Below are positions 41,698-56,200 of a DNA stretch of 64,000 nt, in pieces. The stretch covers positions 434,001-498,000 of the forward strand of contig JAPDFW010000054.1 in the NCBI GenBank assembly GCA_028826165.1. Direction: 5' to 3'. Within the stretch, counting starts at the first letter, position 1; the number at the start of each line of letters is the position of its first letter. The translations under genes were made by a program, and so were the position numbers. The stretch comes from Anaeramoeba ignava BMAN. Lineage: Eukaryota > Protista > Anaeramoebae. Below the pieces are notes generated by a model, which saw nothing but the letters and a program-made list of their open reading frames with translations, ran no database searches and was not told the DNA's origin.

Positions 41698-44610
41698 TTA
41701 TTGACATAATAAGAGTAAATGTAAAATCAATAAATGCTTATTTAAAGGATTATTTCGAATTTTCATCAAAAGATCAATTACTCTAAAATTTCCAAATGTA
41801 ATTTGATTAAAAATTTTTTTATGAGTTTCTGGTTGAAAATCAAGTTCTGCAAGAATTTGATAAGCAGTCATCATTAAATCTCCAGTATCATCTTGTTCAA
41901 GAACAATTGTGTTATCATCTGAATAAGTTACTAAATAAGGATGATAAAATTTATTATGAGAATGAGAATGAGAATGTTTTTTTGATTTTCTTCTTTTTCT
42001 TTTATATTTTTCTTTATGTTTATTTTTTTTATCTTTTTTATTTTTCTTTTTTTTCTTTTCTTTTGATAAGGATTCATCATCACTATCTTCTGAACTAGTA
42101 TTTGAACTTAAACTTGAACTTGTTGAAGACAATTTATGATTTCGATATTTTTTACGATTTTTTCTTTTCTTTTTTCTTTTTTGTGATCTTAATTTTCTTA
42201 TTTGAGATTTTTTAGGAAATTCCACATTTTGATTTGAAGAATAATTTTTTGAATAATCACTTGATTCATCACTTGATTTTGAATTATCATTATCATTATC
42301 ATTATCATTTTCATAATCATTTAATTGAGATCCCCATTCAGATAAACCATAAGTAGCTGTATTTCTATTGTAAGTAAATCCATGTTTTTGATAATTTGAA
42401 GGAAGAATAAATCTACCAAAATTACTTGATCTTGTATTTGGAGGATAAGCTTCTTGATAGCATTCCCAAATTTCAGGATAAAGTTCTTGTGTTTTTTTGA
42501 TTATTTTCATTCTTGGAATTGGTTTTCCATATGATCTAATTGCTTCTTGTCCATAAATCCATCCTGGTTTACGAACAATATTTCTTTGTGCAAGTAATTT
42601 AACGAGTTTTTCACCTCCAGATTTTTTTTTATGTTTATTTCCTTTATTTTTGGATTTTGTTTTTTTAGATTCTTCTTTACTTGTTTCACTTTTTTTTTTA
42701 GGTTTTGATTTTAATTTAGATTTAGATTTAGATTTAGATTTTGATTTAGATTTTGATTTAGATTTTGATTTAGATTTTTCTTTTGATTTTGAATTTGAAT
42801 TTGATTTTGATTTTTCTTTTGATTTTGATTTTGAATTTGATTTAGATTTCTCTTCTAATTCTTCTTTTGATCTTGATTCTTCTTTTGATTTAGAATTAGA
42901 TTTTGATTTAGATTTCTCTTCTAATTCTTCTTTTGATCTTGATTTTGATTTTGATTTTGATTTTGATTTTGAATTTGATTTTTCTTCTAATTCTTCTTTT
43001 GATTTTGATTTTTCTTTTGATTTAGAATTTGAATTTGATTTAGATTTCTCTTCTAATTCTTCTTTTGATTTTGATTTTGAATTTGAATTTGATTTTTCTT
43101 TTGATTTTGAATTTGAATTTGAATTTGATTTTGAATTTGATTTTGAATTTGAATTAGATTTTGAATTAGATTTAGATTTAGATTTTGAATTAGATTTTGA
43201 TTTTGAATTAGATTTAGATTTTGAATTAGATTTAGATTTAGATTTTGAATTAGATTTTGAATTAGATTTTGATTTTGAATTAGATTTAGATTTAGATTTT
43301 GAATTAGATTTAGATTTAGATTTATATTTAGATTTTAATTTTGATTTTTCTTCTAATTCTTCTTGTGATTTAGATTTTGATTTTTCTTCTAATTCTTCTT
43401 TTGATTTTGAATTTGTTTTGTCTAATTCACTTTGATGATAGGCTTCATTAAGTGAATATCTTAATGTTTTACTATCAAAAATAAATCTTGGCTCTTTTGA
43501 ATTTCCCTTTTGCAAAAGTAAATTACCAAAATTGGTTTTTGCAACTGATTCAGGATATATTTTTTTGTAACAATTCCAAATAGCTGGGAATTTTTGGATC
43601 GCAATTTTCACAATTTCTTTTTTTGTTAATGATTTTTTTTGTTCTTGTAAAATTTTAGCTCCATAAATATAACCTTTTTCTCTTTTAGGGACATGAACAT
43701 TCAAAAGTGCCTTGATTTTTTTTGCTGGAGTATCTTTTTGCCGATGTTTGTTTTTCTTTTTTGAATCATTTTGACTTTTTTCTTGGGATTTTGAGTTGCG
43801 ATCATCTGAACTAACATCAATTTTCATTTCTTGAATTGATTGAATATTTGTATTGTAATCATCATTATAATTTTCATTGATATTTTCGTTGATATTTTCG
43901 TTATTGTTTTCTTTTTCACTTGAATTTGATTCGAAATCAGATTGATAAATTAAATTTAAATTTTTTTTTTGTTGTTTTTCTTCTTCTTCTTGTTGTTGTT
44001 GTTGTTGTTGGATTTGAACAAATTGATTTTCATCTTCATTATTACTTATATAAATATTATCATAATCATTTCCATTAAATACTTGATTTTCTTCACTTTG
44101 TAATTCAGAATCATGTTTTCTTTTATGCTTTTCTTTGTGTTTCCTTTCTTTTGAATGTTTTGATTTGGTTTTTTTTCTATTCTTTTTTCTTTTTTTATTT
44201 TTACTCTTTTCAGAATTATTATGATTTGGTTTGTTTTCAATTGTTTGTTCGTCTTGATTTGAAAAGAGATGAATTAAAGAAAATGTTTAAGATTAGTCTT
44301 AATATTATTATTTGGATTTTGAAAATGATTTCAATTTCAATTTTAATTTGATTTTTATTGATTTAAAAAATATTTAATTCAAAAAAAGAAATGAAAAAAA
44401 ACAAAATCATAAATTGAAATGAATTCAAATATTAAATCATTTTAATCATTTATTTATTAAAAGAAATTAAATAATAATAATAATGATATTAATATTAATT
44501 ATTTATTTTGGAAATTTATAAAAAAAATCAATTTTGTAAATTTTTGATTTGTTTATATTTTCTTTTTAAATCATTAATTTACCAATTTCAGATTCATACG
44601 CTTTATCCAT
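41698..44610 (-). CDS. About 860-aa basic S/K-rich protein with two HARE-HTH-like winged-helix domains (exons 44583-44610 and 41698-44252)
   Basis: MDKAYESEI G|gt...ACTAAT...polypyrimidine-caag|AC joins in frame to ORF 41698..43827 (2583 nt in total). Two similar 80-aa segments flank a SKSK linker. Confidence 0.72.
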
Positions 44611-44776
44611 TTTATTAAATAAAATCAATTACTTTTTTATTGAAACGAAATCAAAATATTTTTAAAATATGATAAAAAAAAATGAAAAAACTTGATTTTT
44701 TTGAATCAAAAAAAAAAAATTTGAAAAAAATCAAAAAAAAATCATGTTTCATTTTTTTTCATTTTTTTGAATTAAA

Positions 44777-47700
44777 ATGAACCAAATTTTCGCATTCGTT
44801 TTAGTTCTTGGGTTTTTGTCATCAACATTCTGTTTGGATTACATTCAAAGATTTGGTGAATTCAATAAAGAAAGTGTTGAGAAATTTATGAATCAAACAC
44901 TTGATCATTTCGACCCTCAAAATAACAAAACCTTTATTCAAAGATACTATATCAATGATACGTATTGGACTTCATCTGATAAGCCTATCATCTTATACAT
45001 TGCTGGTATTTACTATTATTAATTTTTATATTTGTTTATTAATATATTTTTTTTTTATTTTTTATTTTGTTATTTTATTTAAATAAATTAATTAATATTA
45101 ATCAATTATTTTATAATAAATTATTTATAAATTAAAAGTTATAATTAAATATATTATTATTTTATTTTATATTTTATTTTATTTAATATATTTTTTTATT
45201 TAATATTTTGTTATATTTATTTAAACAAATTAATTAATATTAATCAATTATTTTATAATAAATTATTTATAAATTAAAAGTTATAATTAAATATAATATT
45301 ATTTTATTTAATATTTAATTTTATTTAATATATTTTTTTATTTAATATTTTGTTATTTTTATTTAAATAAATTAATTAATATTAATCAATTATTTTATAA
45401 TAAATTATTTATAAATTAAAAGTTATAATTAAATATATTATTATTTTATTTAATATTTTATTTTATTTAATATATTTTTCTATTTAATATTTTGTTATTT
45501 TTATTTAAATTAATTAATTAATATTAATCAATTATTTTATAATAATTTATTTATAAATTAAAAGTTATAATTAAATATATTATTATTTTATTTAATATTT
45601 AATTTTATTTAATATATTTTTTTTATTTTATATTTTGTTATATTTATTTAAATAAATTAATTAATATTAATCAATTATTTTATAATAAATTATTTATAAA
45701 TTAAAAGTTATAATTAAGTATATTATTATTTTATTTTTATATTTTATTTTATTTAATATATTTTTTTATTTAATATTTTGTTATTTTTATTTAAATAAAT
45801 TAATTAATATTAATCAATTATTTTATAATAAATTATTTATAAATTAAAAGTTATAATTAAATATATTATTATTTTTATTTAATATTTAATTTTATTTAAT
45901 ATATTTTTTTATTTAATATTTTGTTATATTTATTTAAATTAATTAATTAATATTAATCAATTATTTTATAATAAATTTATTTATAAATTAAAAGTTGTAA
46001 TTAAATATAATATTATTTTATTTAATATTTAATTTTTATTTAATATATTTTTTTATTTAATATTTTGTTATATTTATTTAAACAAATTAATTAATATTAA
46101 TCAATTATTTTATAATAAATTATTTATAAATTAAAAGTTATAATTAAATATAATATTATTTTATTTAATATTTAATTTTATTTAATATATTTTTTTATTT
46201 TATATTTTGTTATTTTTATTTAAATAAATTAATTAATATTAATCAATTATTTTATAATAATTTATTTATAAATTAAAAGTTATAATTAAATATATTATTA
46301 TTTTATTTTATATTTTATTTTATTTAATATATTTTTTTATTTTATATTTTGTTATTTTTATTTAAATAAATTAATTAATATTAATCAATTATTTTATAAT
46401 AATTTATTTATAAATTAAAATTTATAATTAAATATATTATTATTTTATTTAATATTTTATTTTATTTAATATATTTTTTTATTTAATATTTTGTTATTTT
46501 TATTTAAATAAATTAATTAATATTAATCAATTATTTTATAATAATTTATTTATAAATTAAAATTTAATATTTAGGAGAAGCGCCTTGTGAAGGAACACCA
46601 ACAGGTTTTATTGAGAAAATAGCACAAGATAATAATGCATTAATTTTAGCACTTGAACATCGATATTATGGAAAATCAATTCCTTTTACATCAACTGAAA
46701 CTCATAATCTTCAGTACTTAACTGTTGAACAAGCTCTTGAAGATTTAGCTTCTTTTATTGTCTATTTCCAAAATTCTATTAATGAATTAACTGGAACTTT
46801 TGTTCAAAATGCTTGGTTTACTATTGGAGGTTCTTATGCTGGTGCTTTAAGGTTATTTTCAATTAATATAAAATTAATATAAAATTGATTTAAAATTGAT
46901 ATAAAATTGATTTAAAATTGATTTAAAATTGATATAAAATTAATATAAAATTGATATAAAATTGATTTAAAATTAATATAAAATTGATTTAAAATTGATT
47001 TAAAATTAATTTAAAATTGATTTAAAATTGATATAAAATTGATATAAAATTGATATAAAATTGATATAAAATTGATTTAAAATTGATTTAAAATTAATTT
47101 AAAATTGATTTAAAATTGATTTAAAATTGATATAAAATTGATTTAAAATTGATATAAAATTGATATAAAATTGATATAAAATTGATTTAAAATTGATATA
47201 AAATTGATTTAAAATTGATATAAAATTGATTTAAAATTGATATAAAATTGATTTAAAATTGATTTAAAATTGATTTAAAATTGATTTAAAATTGATTTAA
47301 AATTGATATAAAATTGATTTAAAATTGATTTAAAATTGATTTAAAATTGATTTAAAATTGATATAAAATTGATATAAAATTGATATAAATTTAAAATTGA
47401 TTTAAAATTAATATAAAATTGATTTAAAATTGATTTAAAATTGATTTAAAATTGATATAAAATTGATATAAAATTGATTTAAAATTTATTTAAAATTGAT
47501 TTAAAATTGATATAAAATTGATATAAAATTGATTTAAAATTAATTTATTTAAAATTAATTTAAAATTGATTGATATAAAATTGATATAAAATTTAAAATT
47601 AATATAAAATTGATTTAAAATTGATATAAAATTGATTTAAAATTGATTTAAAATTGAATATAAAATTGATTTAAAATTGATTTAAAATTGATTTAAAATT

Positions 47701-49747
47701 GATTTAAAATTGATATAAAATTGATATAAAATTGATTTAAAATTGATTTAAAATTAATTTAAAATTAATTTAAAATTGATTTAAATTTGATATAAAATTG
47801 ATATAAAATTGATATAAAATTGATTTAAAATTGATTTAAAATTAATTTAAAATTAATTTAAAATTGATTTAAAATTGATATAAAATTAATTTAAAATTGA
47901 TTTAAAATTAATTTAAAATTGATATAAAATTGATTTAAAATTGTATATTTTGTTGATATAGTGCTTGGTTCCGTTTAAAGTATCCACATTTAACACGAGG
48001 ATCACTTAGTTCAAGTGGAGTAGTAAATCCAGTATTAAATTTCATACAATTTGATGAACAAATTGCAACAGCAACAGCAGGAGATTGCGCAACAGCATTA
48101 AGATTAAACACGGAACTAATTGATACAGAACTTGAAGCGAGTCCCGAAAGAAACGCAGCAGTCAAAGAAAAATTCAATGCAACGACACTTAATGATGGAG
48201 ACTTCAGATATTATATTGCAGATGCTGGCGCTCTTCCTGTTCAATACAGCAACAAGGAGATCCTTTGTGATCCTATGATTAATGCTCTTAAAAACAATCT
48301 TTCTATTATTGATACTTTTAAAGACTATGCTATGTCTTTTTTCTTGAATAATATGAGCTCTCCTGCTTATCTTTACTCAAATTGGTTCATGAAAATTACT
48401 ACTATTGATCCTGATAGCAGACTTTTTGCACAAAGAATTTGGGTAAATTAATTTAAATTTAAAATTAAAATTAAAATTAAAATTAAAATTAAAATTAAAA
48501 TTTAAATTAAAATTAAAATTTAAATTAAAATTAAAATTAAAATTAAAATTAAAATTTAAAATTAAAAATTAAAATTAAAATTAAAATTAAAATTAAAATT
48601 AAAATTAAATTTGAAAATCGGATAAAAAATTAAAATTAAAATTAAAATTAAAATTAAAATTAAAATTAAAATTAAAATTAAAATTAAAATTAAAATCAAA
48701 ATTAAAATTAAAATTTATTTGAAATTAAAATTAAAATTAAAATCAAAATTAAAATTAAAATTAAATTTGAAAATCGGATAAAAAATTAAAATTAAAATTT
48801 AATTAAAATTAAAATTAAAATTAAAATTAAAATTAAAATTAAATTTAAATTTGAAAATCGGATAAAAAATTAAAATTAAAATTAAAATTAAAATTAAAAT
48901 TAAAATTAAATTTGAAAATCGGATAAAAAATTAAAATTAAATATTTATTCCTTTTTTTATATTTTAGTGGTACCAAAAATGCTCTCAAGTAAATCCAAAA
49001 AAATTTAATTCTTCCAATAAAATTTATCTAATTTAAATGATATAATTCTTTTTTAGTTGGCTTATTTCCAAAATGCACCTCCAACTAACCCAATTCGTTC
49101 ACCAAAAATCACAATGGAATGGCATAGAGAAAAATGTGCTGATGTCTTTGAAATGAATCTCTTTCCAGATACAGAAGCAATAATCACAGAATTTGGTTCA
49201 AACAAAATTGATGCAACAAATGTTTTCTTTTCTCAAGGCGGACAAGTAAAACAAACATCAAAATCAATAATTAAATTTTACTAAAATTATTCCAAAAACA
49301 AAATAGAAATATTTTTAATTCAATTAAATATAATAATTTTGTTTTTTCTTTTATAAATTTCAATTTTTATTAATTTCTTTACTTTTCTTTGATTTCTTTT
49401 TTTTTTTAAAATAAAATTTAGGATCCTTGGCAATGGGCTGTAAGAAATAATGAAATACAATTAATTCTATTATTTAATTTTTCTTTTCATTCATTTTTTT
49501 TTAATTAATTTTTTTAAAAAAATTTGTTCCACTTTTTTAATTTTTTTTTTAATTTTTTTTTAATTTAATTAAATAGGGAGTTAGAGAAACCTTATCAAGT
49601 CTAGAACCAGCTCATATTATACAAGGGAATGATATGGGACATTGTATTGATTTACATCAACCAACAGCTAATGATCCACCTGATTTAGTTGCAACAAGAG
49701 CAGAAGAATCACAATACATTGCAACTTGGATTTCAACTCCAAATTAA
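44777..49747 (+). CDS. Serine carboxypeptidase, family S28 (PRCP/TSSP-like), 7 exons
   Basis: Signal peptide, QTLDHF, QRYY, LEHRYYGKS, QALEDLA, nucleophile GGSYAG, Asp in DPW, His in GHCIDL. Exons 44777-45005, 46575-46851, 47962-48442, 48968-48988, 49057-49245, 49422-49439, 49577-49747. Confidence 0.93.
45040..46562. repeat. About 142-bp minisatellite, about 11 copies, filling peptidase intron 1
   Basis: Marker ATCAATT recurs at 45101, 45243, 45385, 45527, 45670, 45813, 45956, 46100, 46242, 46384 and 46526. Confidence 0.93.
46860..47945. repeat. 11-bp intronic satellite (AAAATTGATWT)n
   Basis: Third array of this family in the window. Confidence 0.95.
48446..48942. repeat. (AATTAA)n intronic satellite with four interspersed TTTGAAAATCGGATAAAAAA units
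   Basis: Insert near 48610, 48766, 48850 and 48911. Confidence 0.88.
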
Positions 49748-50134
49748 AAATCAAAATCAAATTAAAAATCAAAATTCAATCAAAAATCAAAATCAAAATC
49801 AAAATTCAATTCAAAATCAAAATTCAATTCTAAATCAAAATTCAATTCTAAATCAAAATCAAAATTCAATTCAAAATCAAAATCAAAATTAAAATTCAAA
49901 TTAAATTCAATTTGAATTTTTCTCTTTTCTCTTTTCTCTTTTCTCTTTCAATTTCAAAACAATAAAAAAAGAAAGAAAGAAAAAGAAAATTTAAAAATAT
50001 CCACTTTTTTGTTTTGTTTTAAAAAATTTAACGGAAAAAAGAAAAAAAAAAGTTTAATTTGTCCAATTTTTATTTTAATTTTTTTTTCATTTTTTTTCAT
50101 TTTATTTTAATTTGTAAAAAAAAATCCGTTTAAA

Positions 50135-51532
50135 ATGTTCAATCCACAAAATACTTTTAAAATACTTTGTTTAACAGGAAGTAATTTAGGTTATAAAGAA
50201 AATGATCGAATTTGTCAAAATGATTCATTTGCATTATTTGAAGAAGCACTTCAAATAGCTGAAGAAAGAAAAGTTGATTTTATTTTACATTGTGGAAATT
50301 TTTTCTATTCAGAACCCTCAAAAGAAACACAGAAAAAAGCACTTCAAATCATAAGAAAAGTTTGTTTTGGAGAAAGAAAAGTGGGGTTTTCTGGATTTAA
50401 AATGGAAAAAGAAGGACATGATCAAAATCAATCACTCAATTTTCATGATCCAAATTTTCAAATCAAAATTCCCATTTTTGTGATTCATGGAAATTTTGAG
50501 ATCAATGAATCATCTCCTCTCGATATTTTTTCTGAGGCTAAATACATCAATTATTTTGGCCAACTTTCAGATCTTGATTCATCAATTCAACCAATTAAAT
50601 TATTAAAAGGATCCACAAAATTGAATTTATTTGGACTTGGATTTCATCCCATTTTGGATCAACAATCCACAAATACATCTCGCAATAATTCTATATTTAA
50701 TATTTCGCAAGGAGATTCACAAGCATTCAATCTCTTTGCTATTCATAGTTATTCCAATTTTAATCAAAATATTCTTGATCCAAAATCAAATTTCGGATCT
50801 TCGCAAAATTTAGTACTTTTTGGATCAGAATCTGGTTTTTTAAATAACAACTCAAATTCAGGGAATCTGGTTACATTAAAACCTTCGCTTCCTGTCGAGT
50901 TGCCAGATAGGGGTTTAAGTGACTGGGAAGAAAATAGGTGCATGATATTGGAAATTTCTGATAATAAATTCAAAATTGAATCAATTAAATTTGAAAATTT
51001 TAGAAAATTTTTTTATAATTCAATTCCTTCAATGGAAAAAAATGAACTTTATAATTTAGTGAAAAGAGAGTGCCAATATATTAAAAGACATATTCCACAA
51101 AAAACACGCTCATTTATATTTCCACCAAAATTTCTTGAGCTTCCTTTAGCTAGAATTGATATTACCTTGAAAGGTAATTCGGGTGATTTAATAAGAATAA
51201 ATGAAAATGATTCATTTTTTTCTGAATTAATTGCAAATCCAGATTCTGCTTTTAATTTTATTCAACATTCTTTTAATTTTCAAGATGAATCAAGTGTTCA
51301 AAATCGTGAACAAAATTTGGAAGAGATTTTCCAAAAAGAAATTCGATCTTTTGGTAATTCAACAAATATGCCTTCTTTTTTTGATCAATTTTTCACAATG
51401 AATTTATCTCAGAAAAAAAGTAAAAATTCAAATTCAAAAAAAAAACGGAAATCGGAAAGTAAAAAAAAGAATCCAAAACTTAAAAAGAGTAAAACAAAAA
51501 GTTCAAAAAAGAAAAAAAAAGATGATTTTTAA
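50135..51532 (+). CDS. MRE11: MRE11-like protein, intronless, with degenerate phosphoesterase motifs
   Basis: FKIL..T...LGY.E.D....NDSF..FEE.L.IA....VDFIL, N..DPN..I.IP.F.IHGN, GSTKL.L.GLG, FNLF.IH, LPL.RI, IANP: the eukaryotic MRE11 nuclease and capping domain pattern. Confidence 0.85.
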   Translation: MFNPQNTFKILCLTGSNLGYKENDRICQNDSFALFEEALQIAEERKVDFILHCGNFFYSEPSKETQKKALQIIRKVCFGERKVGFSGFKMEKEGHDQNQSLNFHDPNFQIKIPIFVIHGNFEINESSPLDIFSEAKYINYFGQLSDLDSSIQPIKLLKGSTKLNLFGLGFHPILDQQSTNTSRNNSIFNISQGDSQAFNLFAIHSYSNFNQNILDPKSNFGSSQNLVLFGSESGFLNNNSNSGNLVTLKPSLPVELPDRGLSDWEENRCMILEISDNKFKIESIKFENFRKFFYNSIPSMEKNELYNLVKRECQYIKRHIPQKTRSFIFPPKFLELPLARIDITLKGNSGDLIRINENDSFFSELIANPDSAFNFIQHSFNFQDESSVQNREQNLEEIFQKEIRSFGNSTNMPSFFDQFFTMNLSQKKSKNSNSKKKRKSESKKKNPKLKKSKTKSSKKKKKDDF

Positions 51533-51631
51533 TCAAATATTTTTCTTTTATTCAATCAATCAATCAAACATTTGATTAATTTTTTTATTTTTTTTTTTTT
51601 TGGAAAATAATATGGGAATCAATAAATTAAA

Positions 51632-53123
<1,492 letters not shown>

Positions 53124-53265
53124 TTTTGAAAAAAAAAAATGAAAAAATTCTTTTCAATTCTTTTCAATTTTTTTAAATTTTTTTTCCTTTTTTTTTATTA
53201 AAAAATTTTTTTTTCATTTTTTCTTTTTCATTTTTTTTCATTTTTTTTTCTTGTAAAATTATAAA

Positions 53266-56200
53266 ATGGAAGATAAATATAAACTTAATGGAATTATTGG
53301 AGAAGGTTTATTAATTTTTTATTAATACAAACAAAACTAAATCTTCTGAATTTTAAACAAAACAAAAAATTGAAAATTTTTTATGATAAAAAAAAAACGA
53401 ACAAAAAATAAAATCAAATAAAAATTATTATAATTATAATTGATAATATTTTCAGGTTCTTATGGAGTTGTTTATCAAGCTTATCATACTGAAACAAGTA
53501 AATATGCAGCTATTAAAGAGTATAAAAAACCCAAAAGAGGAAGTGATGTTGGAATTATGTTATCAACAATTAGGGAAATTAAACTATTAAAAGAACTTAA
53601 TCATGAACATATTGTTAAAATTGAGGATATTTTTTGTGATACAAATGAAAGGAAATTGTTTATTGCTTTTGAATATGCAGAGCATGATTTGATTGTAAAT
53701 TATTTTATTTACAAAATATTTTAATTCAACAATTATTTTATTTACTAAATAATTTAATTCAATAATTATTTTATTTACAAAATAATTTAATTCAATAATT
53801 ATTTTATTTATTAATTATTTTATTTACAAAATAATTTAATTCAACAATTATTTAATTCAACAATTATTTTATTTACTAATTATTTTAATTCAACAATTAT
53901 TTTATTTATTAAATAATTTAATTCAATAATTATTTAATTCAAAATATTAATTATTTTATTTACAAAATATTTTAATTCAATAATTATTTTACAAAATATT
54001 TATTGTAATTATTTTTTTAAAGGATTTAATTCAATAATTATTTTATTTACAAAAAATTTAATTCAAAAAATAATTTAATTCAACAATAATTTAATTTATT
54101 TCAATAATTATTTTATTTACAAAATAATTTAATTCAACAATTATTTTATTTATTAAATAATTTAATTCAATAATTATTTTATTTCAATAATTATTTTTAT
54201 TTACAAAAATAATTTATTTACAAAATAATTTAATTCAATAATTATTTTATTTATTAAATAATTTATTTCAACAATTATTTTATTTCAATAATATTTTATT
54301 TACAAAAATAACAATTATTTCAAATAATTATTTTAATTACAAAATAACTTAATTCAATATTTTTATTTACAAAATAATTTAATTCAACAATTATTTTATT
54401 TACAAAATAATTTAATTCAAAATTCAACAAATTTCAAAAAATTAAGTTCAATAATTAAATTCAAAATTATTTTAATTCAATAATAATTTAAAACAATTAT
54501 TTTTATTCAATAATAATTTAATTCAACAATTATTTTATTTACAAAATAATTTAATTCAATAATTATTTTAATTCAATAATAATTTAATTCAACAATTATT
54601 TTATTTATTAAATAATTTAATTCAATAATTATTTTATTTACAAAATAATTTAATTCAATAATTATTTTATTTACAAAATAATTTAATTCAACAATTATTT
54701 TATTTATTAAATAATTTATTTCAACAATTATTTTATTTCAATAATTATTTTATTTACAAAATAATTTATTTACAAAATAATTTAATTCAATAATTATTTT
54801 ATTTATTAAATTGATTAATTATTTATGTCCACTTTTTAAAGGATATTCTTGATTTTTATAAAAAGCAAAAAATGTTGATGCCTGAAATTATTGTTAAAAG
54901 TTTAATGTGGCAAATTTTAAATGGAATTCATTATTTACATACAAATTGGATTATTCATAGAGATTTGAAACCTGCAAATATTCTTATAAAAAATACATCA
55001 GAAGAAAGAGGAATTGCTAAGATTGGTAAATTAAATCAAATCAAATCAAAATTAAATCAAATCAAATCAAATCAAATCAAATCAAAATCAAATCAAAATC
55101 AAATTAAAATTAAATTAAATTAAATCAAATTAAATTAAATTAAAATCAAAATCAAAATCAAATCAAAATCAAATTTAAATTAAATTAAATCAAAATTAAA
55201 TTAAATTAAATTAAATCAAATTAAATTAAATTAAATTAAATTAAATTAAATCAAATCAAATCAAATCAAATCAAATCAAATCAAAATTAAATCAAATTAA
55301 ATCGAATTCAAAATTAAATCAAATTCAAATTAAATCAAATTAAATTAAATCAAATTAAATTAAATCCAAATTAAATCAAATTAAATCAAATCAAATTAAA
55401 TTAAATCGAATACAAAATTAAATCAAATTAAATCAAATTAAATTAAATCAAATCAAATCAAATTAAATTAAATTAAATTAAATTAAATCAAATTTAATCA
55501 AAATCAAAATCAAAATCAAATTAAATCAAATCAAATCAAATCAAATCAAATCAAATTAAATTAAATTAAATTAAATTAAAATTAAATTAAATTAAATTAA
55601 ATCCAAATTAAATTCAAATTAAATCCAAATTAAAATAAAATCAAAATTAAATTAAATCAAATTAAATCAAATCAAAATCAAAATTAAATTAAATCAAATT
55701 AAATCAAAATTAAATATTTTTCAAAGCCGATTTTGGACTTGCCAGAATCTTTCAAGATCCATCAAAAAGTTTAGGAAAAGATGGAGATGTAGTAACATTA
55801 TGGTATCGAGCACCGGAACTATTACTTGGAGCACAACATTACACACCAGCAATAGACATGTGGTCAGTTGGGTGTATATTTGCTGAACTAATCCAAAATC
55901 GGGAATTATTTCATGGAATTCCAGCAAAAAATGGAGGATTTGAAGAGGATCAGATCCGGAAAATCATCAATATTCTTGGAATTCCATCAACAAAATGGCC
56001 TGAATGTGTTAAACTTCCATATTATCGACATATATCCCAATGGGAACCACAATCAAATCAAATGAACTTGGCACAAGAACTTCGGATCGAAAGTGGAACA
56101 ACAAAATACAACTTGATCTCTCGAATGTTAAAATACGATCCAAAAGAAAGAATCACAGCACTTGATGCATTAAAACACACTTACTTCAACGAACCACCTT

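Noticed and set aside
42650-43435. 261-aa DF/DL-rich plus-strand ORF
   Set aside because: Antisense shadow of the S/K-rich linker.
45040-46562. CRISPR-like array
   Set aside because: Whole units are repeated with no unique spacers, there are no cas genes and the context is a eukaryotic intron.
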